A program made the translations under genes and the position numbers. Of a stretch of 64,000 nt of DNA, positions 50,005 to 64,000 are shown piece by piece (within the stretch, counting starts at the first letter, position 1; each line of letters begins with the position of its first letter). Under the pieces are notes generated by a model. The model made no database searches. It was not told where the DNA came from and worked only from the letters and a program-made list of their open reading frames with translations. This DNA is from Takakia lepidozioides (taxonomy: Eukaryota > Plantae > Bryophyta): positions 32,302,001 to 32,366,000 of the forward strand of contig CM060731.1 of assembly GCA_030704615.1 (NCBI GenBank), written 5' to 3'.

Positions 50005-53000
50005 AGCTTCCCAATCACAGACTGGGGGCTTATGCCATACAAAGTCATGGCCTTTGATGTAATGCACCAGCGACCTTGCAGAGGTGATAGTGAATTTTCA
50101 AGGTATCTGGATGATTCATGCAGGGTTGTTGGATGATTCAGTGTGTGACAGCCTAAGATGAGCACTTGCATAAATTGGCGTTATGGCTGGCCAGATGCAG
50201 GATGAGAGGTCTGGGCTTGATGGAATCCAGAGAAGTGTACTGTCTGTGTGAACTCAGGGGTGCTCTGGGACACATAGTGGTGTAAGAAGGGATTCTTGTG
50301 GATCCCAGGAAGACAGAGTCCATTAAAGTCTCTCCACCACCAGTGAATGTTAAGAGTTTAAGGAGATTCCTTGGGCAAACCAGTATTACAGAAGATTTTG
50401 TCCAAAGGTATGCACAAATAGCAGCACCATTGAGCAAGCTTCTGAAGAAAGATGCAGTGTTTGCATGGACAGCTGAATGTCAACAGGCGTTTGAGGAACT
50501 TACACTGTCAGTAACAACTTAAACTGTGCTGATTACCCTCACTGGCATGTAGTATTTCATGTTCACTGCGATGCATCAGGAGAAGCTTTGGGAGCGGTGT
50601 TAGCCCAGAATGTTACAGGGAATATAGATTCACCTGTGTACTATGCTAGCCGGTTGATGAACAGTGCTGAGAGGAACTATAGCACAACGGAAAGAGAAGC
50701 ATTGGCAATGATCTATGCAGTGAAGAAATTCAGGCATTACTATTGGGAAGAAAGTTTATGTTTTATGTGGATCACCAGGCTCTGATATATCTGGTGAACA
50801 AACCTTTGATAAGTGGAAGGATAGCGAGGTGGTTAATAATCTTGCATGAGTTTGAGTTCGAGGTTATTACAAGCCTGGCCGTTTGCATCTGTGGCAAGAT
50901 CATTTGTCACGACTAACAACAGGAGAGGCCGCCACAGGAGTGGACGATCAGTTACCTGATGCGAGTTTATTGTAATGGAGGTGCAAGGAAAGTGCAGATG
51001 AATGGTTAGATTGGCAGTGGCCAATCAGATACTACCTTGCTCATGGTCAGTGCCCACCTAGTTATGGTAAGGAGCAGAGGAAGAGAATCGCTATCAAAGC
51101 TTTACCTTATACTATGGTAGGAAGCAGAATGTATAAGTTAGGACCAGATGGGGTACTAAAACGATGCTTACCACCATGTAAAAGTAAATAAAGTCTTGGA
51201 GGAAGTCATAAAGGAGTGGCTGGAGGTCATTTGGAGAAGAGACTACCAGTAGAAAGATACTACTCGCAGGATACTGGTGGCCTACGTTGTTCAAAGATGT
51301 ACATGAGTATTGTCAGAAGTGTGATGAATGTCAGAGGCTAGGACCTTGTAGAGATTGGAAGAATGGCCTTGCATCCTACAATGCCTAAGGAACCATTTCA
51401 GAAATGGGGACTAGACTTTGTTGGACAATTAACCACCATCCAAGAATACACGAAACAGGTACATAATTACAGCCACTGATTATACTACAAAGTGGGTGGA
51501 AGCTAAAGCTTTGAGGGACAACACAGCCAAGTCCACAGCAGGTTCCTGTACGAGAAATACTTACACGATTTGGATGTCCTTAGAATTTATCAGTGATCAA
51601 GGGAAGTCACTTCATGAATGAGACCATTGAGTTATTGACTAAAGAGTTTATGATTGTGCATAGAAAGAGTACAACATATTACCCACAGGGTAATGGGCAG
51701 GCAGAGGCTACCAACAAAATACTATGTACTATTGGCTAAGATAGTCAATGCAAACAGAACGGATTGGGATACAAAGCTGCTGACAGCTTTATGGTCATAC
51801 AGGACTTCGTATAAAGTCACCACAAAGTATACACCATTCCAATTAGTTTATGGTATGGAAGCCTTACTTCCAGTGGAATTCCTGTTACCTACCATGAGAA
51901 CGGAGTGGGGAAAAAGAATGGAATTGCAAAACTCCATCAAAGTCAGGAAACATGAATTATACCATGTGGAAGAAATACGTGCTGATGCAGCTGATAATAT
52001 GGACCAGAATTCAGATGAAGAGAAAGGAACAGTTTGATGAAGGCAAGTTTAAAGACTTTTAAGACGGGGGATTTGGTTCTTGGTTGCAGAAGAAAGGAAA
52101 GATTCAAGCTTCTAAGCTTAAATCACCATGGAAAGGACCTTATGTCATACAAAGATGTATGATAAAACACAGCCATGTTACAAACCATTAACAAAGAAAT
52201 GCTGGGAAGAGTCAATGCAAATAAGTTGAAGGGGTACAGTGATATCCATGACAAACCCCTGCAGCATGATTTGCATGTTGAACCGCAAGAGCAGTCACGG
52301 GCTGCACCAGTGTTACGAACGGAGTATGGAACACTTGTCGCTAGGCCAGTATATATGACCGGGGTGGGCAAAACAAACGTGACACAGCCTATCACAGCCC
52401 ATCACGGCGTGACACAGCCTATCCAGCCCATCACGGCGGAAACACATCCCTATCACAGCCCATCACATCGTAACACAGCCTATCACAGCCCATCACGGCG
52501 TGACACAGCCTATCCCACAGCCAAGACGTCGTGACACAGCCTATCACAGCCCGTCACGACGTGACACAGCCTATCACAACCTACCGCAGCGTGTCATAGC
52601 CTATCACAGCTTACCACAATGCAACATAGCCTATCACAGCTTACCACAGTGAAACACAACCTATCACAGCGTAACACAGTATGACACAGCCTGTCACAGC
52701 TCAACACAGCTACTAAAGTTACACGATCCATAGAATCAGTGACAAGTGGACACATAAAAACTTCAGGAAATGGCTGAAGGAAGAAGAAGAAACGGAAATT
52801 AATTTAAAAATAGACACGTGGAGGTCAAGGTGCGACACACAGCAGAGAATGAAGTGCAAGGACAGGTGTCAAAAAGAAAGAGGCAAGAACGGCCGTCAAA
52901 AGGGATGAAAGGCGGGCCCATTAATGAATACGGAAAAAGGGAAACAGAACGAACGGCAAGTACAGAAAAACTGAATTCATGTCGCATGTGTGATCCTAGT

Positions 53001-56000
53001 GGACTATCCAACAGGAAAGTCCACTAAAGAAGATAAAATTTAAAATCCAGTCACAGCGGATACAGCCAATAGAAAACCAGAGAAATGATCAAGAAAATGG
53101 AGGGAAGGGAAAGAGCGCAAGAGGCGGAGTCGTTCTGAGTAACGGGGTCTCGACAGGACAGGCCATAAATGCTATAACTTGGAAACTATGGGAGGAACTA
53201 ACAGACTATACGCTCGCAATATTACTTACGCAATGGCAGAGACACGAAACGAAAGAGCAGAGCTTTTCTCTTGAACAATGCTTGCAAGCCCCGCAGGCTT
53301 ACAAGAGATTACCCATAGCTTTCTGCGGCAACCATACGTTTCTGCTTTGTGCCACTACAGGCATTCCTGCAGTTGTTACAGCCAAAGCAGTTCTGTGAGT
53401 CTAAGATGAAGAGAGTGAGAGGAATGGAGGAAATCAGGGTGAAGAGCACCACAATTCTGCATAAACAAACGATGGCTACCCCACAGGCGATAAAGATACT
53501 GAAGGAGCTGAGATTGGAAGGATTGCAAAGCATGGATTGGACACTACACCATAGACAGTACATGTTACAATTTTTGCAGAACTTTGAGCCAAAGACAGGA
53601 ACAACAACGGTGAAGGGAGTTGAATTAATGATTACTCCCCTATACCTCCAGCAATGTTTCGATTGCCAGCAGGTCATGTGTATGTGGAGGAACACAGGGA
53701 AAGACTGCAAATAGGGGATTTATTCCAAGAAGGGAGTTTCTTTAAACTCAGGGTTATGCTTGTACCAAGCTGTGTACCAGGGTTAAAAGACATAGGCCAA
53801 GTATTGAACGTCTGATTGCCCTGAAACAGAACCAACAATATTGAGCAGATCCTTCACAGAGGAAATCCTCAAAGGCTGAAGGGACAAGAGGTACCATGGG
53901 CGGACATAATGTACAATGCACTGGTAGAGGAAGAGGAGATGAAAAGATTACAAGGTACTACCGCAAAATCTCCTATCATAGTGTCTGGCCCAATCATTGC
54001 TCAAATAATCCTTGATTCTCGCATACTTAATGCACAAGAAAGGAAGGAAATGGAGTGTTTGAGCCAGAAACAACTGCAATGGAAGAGCAAGGCTCTTCAC
54101 ACAGTGAGGGTGGACTAGCAGCACAACCCGAGACTAAGAGGCAGAGAAGGGGAAAGACTGTAGTGGCGGATCACTGGCTTCACGGATTCCGCATGATAAT
54201 GTTTCCCAAGCTCATGACCAGGAAGGGGCACAGCAGCACAAAAGAATGTTATTACTGGAAGCAGGACCTTCAGAGAGGGAGGAAGAAGTTACTTCTGCAT
54301 CACAACCAACACAGCCACTTGAACGACTTGTCACAAGGTCACAAGTTATCCATGCAGCTCAACCCGAAATAATTGATTTGGAAAGTGAAGGGATAGATAT
54401 TCCAACTACAGAACAGATAGTGGCAGAAATAGAGAAAGGGACCTTCTCTATGAATATTCTGGTCTGGTCAAGCAGACAGAAATCCCAGAGGTGCAACAGT
54501 TGCCCAAGAGAAATCCTGAGGTACATATAATGCACACACCTGTGTCGGAGGTACCACAGGCGGAAGGCCATGACACTGTAGCACCGGTCATAAATGAAGT
54601 AGTTCAGGAAGAAAATCCGGTGGGACAATGGTCTGAATGGTTAGTGAGACATCATACTGTGAAGATCAGGAGGAACAGCAGCAACCACACCATGATGACC
54701 CTCAACAGACAATGCTGATGAGTTCCATAGGCAGGACACTTATTTGTTGGGGACTTATGTCAAAACCCATGTTCCAATTACCCAATTGACAGCCTTGAAA
54801 GAAGAACTCAGGAAGGAGTTTGAGGCTCGACTTGCCACTGAGTGTGCAAACAGGTCGATGAAGAGGTCACTCTCAAGATGAAGCAGGACTTGGCCAATAC
54901 AGAAATGGCTTTGCAATTGGCCAAGCAACAATTGATTGAGGCAGCCTCGCGCAAGACCAGTTGCACGAAGCACATAAGCAACAGCTATACCAAATGCAGG
55001 TGCAGCATGAAAGCAAGTTGCAAGAACTGAATGCACTACATACGGAGTTGCAGACAGTGCATAACAGGATGACGATACAATGCGCTACATTTACAACTAT
55101 GCTTGACCAATCAACAAAAGAAATAAACAGTCAAGCGAAAAAATGTACGAGCAGAAGAAGAGAATGTGGAAGCACATGAAGCTCATTGTCGATATGAAGA
55201 ATACAATCTGTCGCAATGAAGATACTTTCAAGCAATACAGGCAGATGGAAGCTGAGCAAGAGAAATACATCGTGGAGTTGCAACAAACCATCGTGGCCAA
55301 TAGAAATGAAATCGCGGTCAGTAACAAGGCTTCGAAAGAAGCCAATAATCTACTTGCTGCCTATGCGCAATTGGTTGAGCCACAGTCGAAGCGCATGAAG
55401 GCTTTACAACAGCAGTTGGAATTGTATAAGCTAAGAGAGGAGCAAACTCTCAGGGGAACCACAAGCAGCTTGGTTGATAACAGCCTTATGCAGGTCTGGT
55501 TAGCACAAGGGCCAGTAGAAGCAAAGCCCCACGGAAGCTCACCCAAAGCGAGATGAATGAGCTCAGACTGCAGGTGCAGAACATTGCCACAACTACTATA
55601 GACAATGTCTATAGTAGGATAGCAGAGTTACAAGAGGATGTAGACGGACTCCAGACTCAAGTGGAAGACCTCACTTCAAACATCGACCAAAGAGTCTATA
55701 TCCCTCAGGAACAGCTAATGGCTTCTTATTTGCAAGCCAGAACTCTGGCTTTTCAGTCTTCACAGGAGGTGCAGGAGATGCCAATGGTACAGGAACCCGT
55801 ACCACCACCACCACAACAGGTCAGTGTACAGTAGCTGAACCTGTGGTTACTACAACCACACCACAGCCACCACAGCCGGAGGTATGGGGCAATGCAGCTT
55901 TAACCCACCTAAAACTCAGCTGCCAGGGAGTACAGTAGGGCTATGATTATGCCCTTCAACCAAATTCCCATCATGTTGGATTTGGCTTGGAAAGAATTTA

Positions 56001-57010
56001 GTCCTCCGCAGTCATTCGCACATTACTACCAAATCATGCGTATTTGGCTGCCAGTGGCAACCAGGACTAAAGTTCTTCCAAACAATCGACATATTGAAGA
56101 TCATCACTTTGCACAATACTGGCACGAGGCAGGTACCATGTTGAGGAAATTGGTTGCTTTCCAGGTTGTACATGGACTCATTTATACCAAGACCAAGGAA
56201 ATAGCAAGTATTGTCATGGGGTGCGGGCTTATACTACGCTGCTTGTTTTCTGATACGTTACCACATTGAGCAACAAAAGATGCAAGCACGCTTTCAAAGT
56301 TACTCCAGTGGAGATCATGGGTATTACCTTCGGTGCCACCTCATATGTACCTATATGACCCCAAAAGTTATGATACAGAAGGATTCTCAAATTCGTTCAT
56401 GGTTTCAAGCAGCCTGCAACAATTTGTCAACACAGAAATTCGGACTTGATGACATTTTCTATAAGGGACATATCGCATGGAAATACTTGCACGCTGCACC
56501 AGTAATTGGTACCCCACTCATTGGACAGACAAGGAGCTCAGTGTCTACACCAATTTTGCTGTTCAACGGTACACCAGGTCGTAAAATGCAAACTTCCAGA
56601 CATGGTAGGACAGCATTGTATGCCCCAGATGATTCCACAAAAAGTTCGAAATTAAAACACCTGAGAGGCGATGAGGATTCTGATACAACTGTTTCTTCAC
56701 AGAATTCTTTGACATGGGAGAAGACTATGCAATTCAGATGGAAGAGAAGAAACAAAGGGGATCTCCTATGCCGGAAAGATTACCTCGATACCAGCCTCCA
56801 GAAGGCCTCACTTATCCAGGTAATGATCAACCATCTCCGTCAACCAGAGACAGACCTCGGGCTCGTACACACAGCCCGCCACGAAACTCTCAACGTCAAC
56901 AGGTGCTCACTCACAAAGGGTTGCTACTCAGAAACAGTAAACCGTGAGGACACGGCTTTTTGAGGGGGGAAGGGGTAATGTTAGAGGACTGTAGGGGACT
57001 TAGACACTTA
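50005..57010 (+). mobile_element. Gypsy copy D: RT to INT, tandem repeat, extra ORF, PPT and only 32 bp of 3' LTR (56979-57010); very indel-rich
   Basis: Colinear with about 29100-38600 of copy A, minus the solo LTR. Confidence 0.9.
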
Positions 57011-57876
57011 CATATGGCCTCACGACACAACACGAACTCAAAGCAGGGAGGACATGGGCCAACAGAGAAGAGTGAAGAGCAAATGAGAGCAAGCCCTCCT
57101 CACCGTAGGCGGGGTATGCTCTCCGACGCCCAAATTTCGGCGCCGTTATTACATGGAGTGCGGAAGCTTCAGCCGAGAATTTGTTTCCGCAGGTCAATTT
57201 CGGCGCCGTATTGGTTGCAATCCCCAGCCTTCAGCCGCAGGGATTGGTTTACGGACCCAATTTCGGCGCCGTTATCGGCTGACTACGTGGCTTCAGCCGA
57301 GTATTTGGTTTCGGGGCCATTTCGGCGCCGTTATCGCCTGCATTCCGGAGGATGCAGCCGGGTATTTGGTGGCAGAGCCCAATACTTTCACCGTTGTGGC
57401 TTCACTCCCGAGCCTTCAGCGCGATATTTCTTTTCTGTTCCCAATTACGGCCTCGTTTATAACCAACATCCAGCACTTCTGCAATGTACTATCCACGGTA
57501 TAGGTCGCCATTGCGTTTCGAGAGTCGGCAAAACCCGGATCCTAATTCCGCTTGCGTCTCTGACCTCTGGGATAATTTCGGTGCCGTTATGCCAGAATTC
57601 TGTTATTCTATGCCTGGCATTGCGGTCAATGAGCTGGGCTCCAAGTCATGAGCGTTACACTGGTACTCATGAGGGGAGTACTTCCGCATGAGCGCGAAAA
57701 TCTTCGATTTTGATTATTTTATAGTTTTGGCCAGAAAAATCGCCGAAATTTCGAAGTGGTTACTTTGCGGCTCAGGGGTTAGCCATTGCCGCTCATGAGC
57801 TTCATGAGGCTTCACCGCTCATGAGCTCACCGCTCATGAGCTCACCGCTCATGAGCTCATGGAATAGCAACCCCCC
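57011..57876 (+). mobile_element. Second copy of the M2 terminal region (inverted relative to 10348-11260)
   Basis: Ends GCTCATGAGCTCATGGAATAGCAACCCCCC and contains the AATTTCGGCGCCG array. Has a deletion of about 120 bp relative to the first copy. The terminus abuts copy E inside its extra ORF. Confidence 0.88.
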
Positions 57877-60800
57877 TTCACCGTTGTTGTTCCTGTCTTT
57901 GGCTCAAAGTTCTGCAAAAATTGTAACATGTACTGTCTATGGTGTAGTGTGTCAAATCCATGCTTTGTAATCCTTCCAATCTCAGCTCCTTCAGTATCTT
58001 TATCGCCTGTGGGGTAGCCATCGTTTGTTTTTCTGCAGATTGTGGTGCTCTTCACCCTGATTTCCTCCATTCCTCTCACTCTCTTCATCTTAGACTCACA
58101 GAACTGCTGTTGTTGTGTAACAACTGCAGGAATGCCTGTAGTGCACAAAGCAGAACGTATGGTTGCCGCGAAAGCAGAAAGATGGGTAATCTCTTGTAAG
58201 CCTGCGGGGCTTGCAAGCATTGTTCAAGAGAAAAGCTCTGCTCTTTCGTTCGTGTCTCTGCCATTGCGTAAGTAATATGCGAGCGTATAGTCTGTTAGTT
58301 CCTCCATAGTTTCCAAGTTATAGCATTATGGCCTGTCCTGTCGAGACGCCCGCGTTACTAGAACGACGCCGCCTCTTGCGCCCAATTTTCTCCATTTTCT
58401 TGATCATTTCTCTGGTTTTCGTGGCTGTATCCGCTGTGACTGGATTTTAACTTTTATCTTCTTTAGTGGACTTTCCTGTTGGATAGTCCACTAGGATCAC
58501 ACATGCGACAAGAATTCAGGCTTTCTGTACTTGCCGTTCGTTCTGTTTCCCTTTTCCGTATTCATTAATGGGCCCGCCTTTCATCCTATTTGACGGCCGT
58601 TCTTTTCCTCTTCTTTTTGACACCGTCCTTGCACTTCATTCTCTGCTGTGGTCGCACCCTGACCTCACGTGTCTATTTTTAAAGTAATTTCCGTTCCTCT
58701 TCCGCATCATTTTCCTGAAGTTTATGTGTCCACTGTCACTGATTCTATGGTTCGTGTAATTTAGTAGGCTGTTGTGTTGAGCTGTTGTTGGTGTGTGACA
58801 GGCTGTGTCATACTGTGTTACCCTGTGATAGGCTGTGATGACACTGTGGTAAGCTGTGATAGGCTGTGACCACGCTGTGGTAGGTTGTTATAGGCTGTGT
58901 TGCGCCTGTGCTGGGCTGTGTGGCCACGTCGTGATGGGCTGTGGTGGGGTGTGTTGCGCCCTGCTGGGCTGTGGTTGGCTTGTGTCACGTCGTGACGGGC
59001 TGTGATAGGCTGTGTTGCGCCTTGGCGGGCTGTGTTGTGTGATAGGCTGTGTCACGTTTGTTTTGCCCACCCTGGTCATATATGCTGGCCTAGCGAAAAG
59101 TGTTCCATACTCCGTTCGTAACACTGGTGCAGCCCGTGACTGCTCTTGCGGTTCAACATGCAAATCATGCTGCAGGGGTTTTGTCATGGATACCACTGTA
59201 CCCTTCAACTTATTTGCATTGACTCTTCCCAGCATTTCTTTGTTAATGGTTTGTAACATGGCGGTGTTTGTTATCATACATCTTTTGTATGACATAAGGT
59301 CCTTTCCACGGTGATTTAAGCTTAGAAGCTTGAATCTTTCCTTTCTTCTGCAACCATAGAACCAAATCCCCCGTCTTAAAAGTCTTTAACTTGCCTTCAT
59401 CAAACTGTTCCTTTCGCTTCATCTGAATTCTGGTCATATTATCAGCTGCATCAGCACGTACTTCTTCCACATGGTATAATTCATGTTTCCTGACCTTGAT
59501 GGAGTCTTGCAATTCCATTCTTTTTCCCCACTCCGTTCTCATGGTAGGTAACAGGAATTCCACTGGAAGTAAGGCTTCCATACCATAAACTAATTGGAAT
59601 GGTGTATACTTAGTGGTGACTTTATATGAAGTCCTGTATGACCACAAAGCTGTCAGCAGCTTTGTATCCCAATCCGTTCTGTTTGCATTGACTATCTTAG
59701 CCAAGATAGTACATAGTATTTTGTTGGTAGCCTCTGCCTGTCCATTACCCTGTGGGTAATATGTTGTACTCTTTCTATGCACAATCATAAACTCTTTAGT
59801 CAATAACTCAATGGTCTCATTCATGAAGTGACTTCCTTGATCACTGATAAATTCTAAGGGACATCCAAATCGTGTAAGTATGTTCTCGTACAGGAACCTT
59901 GCTGTGGACTTGGCTGTGTTGTCCCTCAAAGCTTTAGCTTCCACCCACTTTGTAGTATAATCAGTGGCTGTAATTATGTACCTGTTTCGTGTATTCTTGG
60001 ATGGTGGATTAATTGGTCCAACAAAGTCTAGTCCCCATTTCTGAAATGGTTCCGTAGGCATTGTAGGATGCAAGGCCATTCTTCCAGATCTCTGCAAAGG
60101 TCCTAGCCTCTGACATTCATCACACTTCTGACAATACTCATGTACATCTTTGAACAAAGTAGGCCACCAGTATCCTGCGAGTAGTATCTTTCTACTGGTA
60201 GTCTCTTCTCCAAAATGACCTCCAGCCACTCCTTTATGAACTTCCCCAAGACTTTATTTACTTCATGGTGGTACAAGCATCGTTTTAGTACTCCATCAGG
60301 TCCTAACTTATACATTCTGCTTCCTACCATAGTATAAGGTAAAGCTCTGATAGCAATTCTCTTCCTCTGCTCCTTACCATAACTAGGTGGGCACTGACCA
60401 TGAGCAAGGTAGTATCTGATTGGCCACTGCCAATCTAACCATTCATCTGCACTTCCTTGCACCTCCATTACAAATAAACTCGCATCAGGTAACTGATCGT
60501 CCACTCCTGTGGCGGCCTCTCCTGTTGTTAGTCGTGACAAATGATCTGCCACAAGATGCAAACGGCCAGGCTTGTAAATACCTCGAACTCAAACTCATGC
60601 AAGATTATTAACCACCTCGCTATCCTTCCACTTATCAAAGGTTTGTTCACCAGATATATCAGAGCCTGGTGATCCACATAAAACATAAACTTTTTCCCAA
60701 TAGGTAATGCCTGAATTTCTTGACTGCATAAATCATTGCCAATGCTTCTCTTTCCGTTGTGTACTATAGTTCCTCTCAGCACTGTTCATCAATCGGCTAG

Positions 60801-63800
60801 CATAGTACACAGGTGAATCTATATTTCCTGTAACATTCTGGGCTAACACCGCACCCAACGCTTCTCCTGATGCATCGCAGTGAACATGAAATACTACATG
60901 CCAGTGAGGGTTAATCAGCACAGGTGTAGTTGTTACTGACAGTGTAAGTTCCTCAAACGCCTGTTGACATTCAGCTGTCCAGGCAAACACTGCATCTTTC
61001 TTCAGAAGCTTGCTCAATGGTGCTGCTATTTGTGCATACCTTTTGACAAATCTTCTGTAATAACTGGTTTGCCAAGGAATCTCTTAAACTCTTAACATTC
61101 ACTGGTGGTGGAGAGACTTTAATGGACTCTGTCTTCCTGGGGATCCACAAGAAGTCCCTTCTTACACACAATGTGTCCCAGAAGCACCCCTGAGTTCACA
61201 CAGAAAGTACACTTCTCTGGATTCAAGCCCAGACCTCTCATCCTGCATCTGGCCAGGCATAACTCCAATTTATGCAAGTGCTCATTCTTAGAGCTGTACA
61301 CACTGAAATCATCCAAGAACACCTGCATGAAATCATCCAGATACTCATGAAAAGATTCACTTATCACTCTCTGAAAGGTCGCTGGTGCATTACAAAGTCC
61401 AAAGGGCATGACTTTGTATGCATAAGCCCCCCAGTCTGTGATGAAAGCTGTTTTCCCTTGGTCTTCTTCTGCCACTTGCACTTGATTATAACCACTGAAG
61501 CCATCCATGAATGAGTACATCTCATGGCCTGCCACAGTGTCTAATACTGCTTCTGTGAATGGCAAAGGGAAAGGATCTTTCTTCGTACAAGCATTCAGCT
61601 TCTTATAGTTCACACATACTCTTAGTTTGCCATTCTTCTTTGGAACTATAACAATGGGTGACAACCAAGTTGTATACTCTATTGGGTATATAAACTTAGC
61701 CTCAGCCAACTTCTTTATCTCTTCTCCAACCTTCTGTGCGTAGTTGGGATTCATTCTATACCTCGCCTGTGCTTGATTGGTACTGACCCTGGTTCCAGTT
61801 CAATCTTATGCTGACAGACTTCAGGTGGTATCCCTTTTAGATCCTCATAGCTCCAAGCAAATACATCTCTGTATTTGATGAACAAGCTTTTAGCTTCTTC
61901 GAAGAATTCCGGCTCCAAATCAGCTCCTACTTTCACCATTCTCGGTTCCTCCTGAGTTCCCACATTTACTTCTCTCACCTGCTCATCAGCTGTGATTGTC
62001 CAACCAGTCACCACTTCATCCTTTAAGCTCACAGTGGCTGGTTCTTCTAGGATTTCTATCTCTCCCTCCTTTTCTTCATAGAAATGTGGTGGGTAACTGC
62101 TGGTTTCCTCTTCAATGGTGTTGCCGACACTACACCACAGCAGATACCTCTTAAACAACTTAGGCTTTCCAGCCGCATCTCCGCAACCTGCTCCCATTCT
62201 GGGTGTGCAGCAAATAGGGTAGCTTCCTGCTCCTCATCCAGTCCTCCTCTCCAGTCATACTCTCTGACTCCTCGAGGTCTTCTTGTAGCAGGTAATCTAC
62301 TAGATTTCTTTGTGGTAATTTGTATCTCGTGCATCCCATTATGCACAGTTAGTAACTGAGAATTCCAGTCATGGAATACCCTGGCCTGTTTCAGCCACGG
62401 ACGTCCCAATAATAAGGAGTAAGCCTCCATGACTTCATCCATTTTTAATACAGTTACTGTGATCATAAAGATCATTTTCTGTATCTGTATCTTAACTCCT
62501 CTTATTAATCCCAATGGCTGTACACTTCTTTGATCTGCCATTGTTACTGTAAATGGGGCTGGTTTCATGTTACTTAGACCAAGCTTCTTCCTTAATTGGT
62601 CTGTCATGATATTTACTCCAGAACCACCATCTATCAGTACATCAGTTAGTTCTGTGCTTCCAATTCTCAATTGGATTACTGGCATAGAATCATCAAAGTC
62701 CATGACTGGTTCTCGCCCTTCCGGCTTCACATTATAACTGGTCACCTTGCTGTTCAGGTCTGTGTTTCCTGTCTCTTGGGCAATTCGATTGATTGCCTGA
62801 TACAGCCTGTGCCTACAATAAGGTGCCACAGCTAATAGCTGTCCAATGGTAATTTCTGCTTTGGTCTGACATATTACTGCAGCCAAAGTCTCTTCATTAC
62901 TTTGCATGTCTGCATCTTTTTTTTTCCTTTCTTCCTCACTCCCTTCTTTTTCTCCATCCGAATCAGAGGAATCTGCCACAGGAATATCAGTACTCTTTTG
63001 CATTTCCCTTATAGTATCTGCCACTTCCTTGTGCAGTTCCTTCTCATCTTTCCAAGTCTCTTCATCTTCAGGCATATCATTGCCACTTCCATTCTCATCT
63101 TCTTCCTCTTCTACTGGAGGTATTAGTTTGGCTTTACTTCTTGTTACTATCATTGTACTTACTTCTGGTACAACACATGGCCTAACCATGTGAGCTGCCA
63201 CCACTGGGCCCTCATTCACAGGAGCTCTCATCTCATTCTGGTGTCTTATCCAGAATGAACAGGCTGCCTTGCGATGTCCTGGCTGATTACAATAGTAACA
63301 TAGCTCTTCACCATTGGGTCCTCGCCCTTGGTCTGTTCTTGGATTATTTCTATAATCCTGATTCCCGGGCTGGTAATTCCCCCTTGGATTACCCTGATAG
63401 TTGCCTCTGGAATTTCCTTGGTAATTCCCTCTTGAATTACCTCTCCTTCCATGCCATTGTTATAACCACTAGACCTACCATAGTGGTCCTGATCATTATT
63501 TCTTCTTGGCTGGGGCTGCACCTGATGCACCCTTACTTGCCTAGGTTCTCTTGCAGCTGTCCTTCTGTTGTAGTAACAATTCTCAGTAGAATGGTTATCC
63601 ATTTTACAGATAGTACAGTGTTTCTCCTTCATGTGGCATTCTGTGGTGGTATGGCCTTCATTCTGGCACTTTGCACACCATACACCATTCCTCCAATGTG
63701 TTGCAGCCTCTGTGGCATACTTCTTCAAGATTTCTTCCAATTTTTTTTCATAGTTATCCCTCTTTAACTTCTCCTTTCTCTTACTCTTTCTTTTTAGTTC

Positions 63801-64000
63801 TTGCTCTTCTTCTTCATCTGACTCATCCTCAGAGTCCTCATCTTCTTTTTTCTCTCTCCTGAGCATTCCCAATTGCTCAATTCTGTTCGGAGTTTCAAAT
63901 GCCTCCTCCACTGTATTATGGGGTAACATATCCACTTTCTTTTGCAACTCTGGTCTTAATCCACTCACAAACCAAGTCTTCTGTAAACCGGGCGCTGGTA
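57877..64000 (-). mobile_element. Gypsy copy E: gag (partial), PR, RT, RH, INT, tandem repeat and start of the extra ORF; continues beyond the window
   Basis: ORFs 63246-63968, 62056-63231, 61119-61754, 60103-60561 and 59243-60229 match copy A. Frameshifted. Confidence 0.93.

Noticed and set aside
49452-50171. ORFs spanning the N run
   Set aside because: Artefacts of the gap.
10348-57876. One giant 47.5-kb MULE bounded by long TIRs
   Set aside because: The flanks (CCCCTACGT vs TTCACCGTT) are not a TSD, and the ends sit in different targets (M1 vs Gypsy E). They are better explained as two copies of the same end.

Overview
Eukaryotic, transposon-dense DNA. The TE types and GT-AG introns suggest a non-seed land plant such as a fern, lycophyte or moss (inference). 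No intact host gene and no RNA gene is visible. Left to right: (1) a decayed fungal-like PD-(D/E)XK/Uma2-type nuclease pseudogene; (2) one end of a CACTA element; (3) an unexplained C-rich block; (4) three related Mutator-like (MULE) transposase copies (M1-M3) of a DDE+CxxH/SWIM type, with a GCM-like N-terminal zinc domain visible in M2; (5) five nested or truncated copies (A-E) of one non-chromovirus Ty3/Gypsy family with a large extra 3' ORF; (6) a 2.5-kb solo LTR of another family; (7) a 500-N gap. The most notable item is MULE M2 (10348 to at least 20637). Besides its transposase it carries a divergently transcribed, spliced accessory gene with a ParB/Sulfiredoxin-like domain (VWDGNHR). 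A paralog of that gene at 21901-23795 continues into a DNA amino-methyltransferase-like domain (LIILDIPDG...FLSDAGVLVLI). The non-coding parts and introns of M2 are studded with a palindrome (GAATTTCGGCGCCGAAATTC) phased at about 63 bp, while sister element M3 has a different palindrome phased at about 42 bp. This suggests a self-recognition or anti-silencing module (hypothesis). All domain calls are by-eye motif recognition; no database searches were run.
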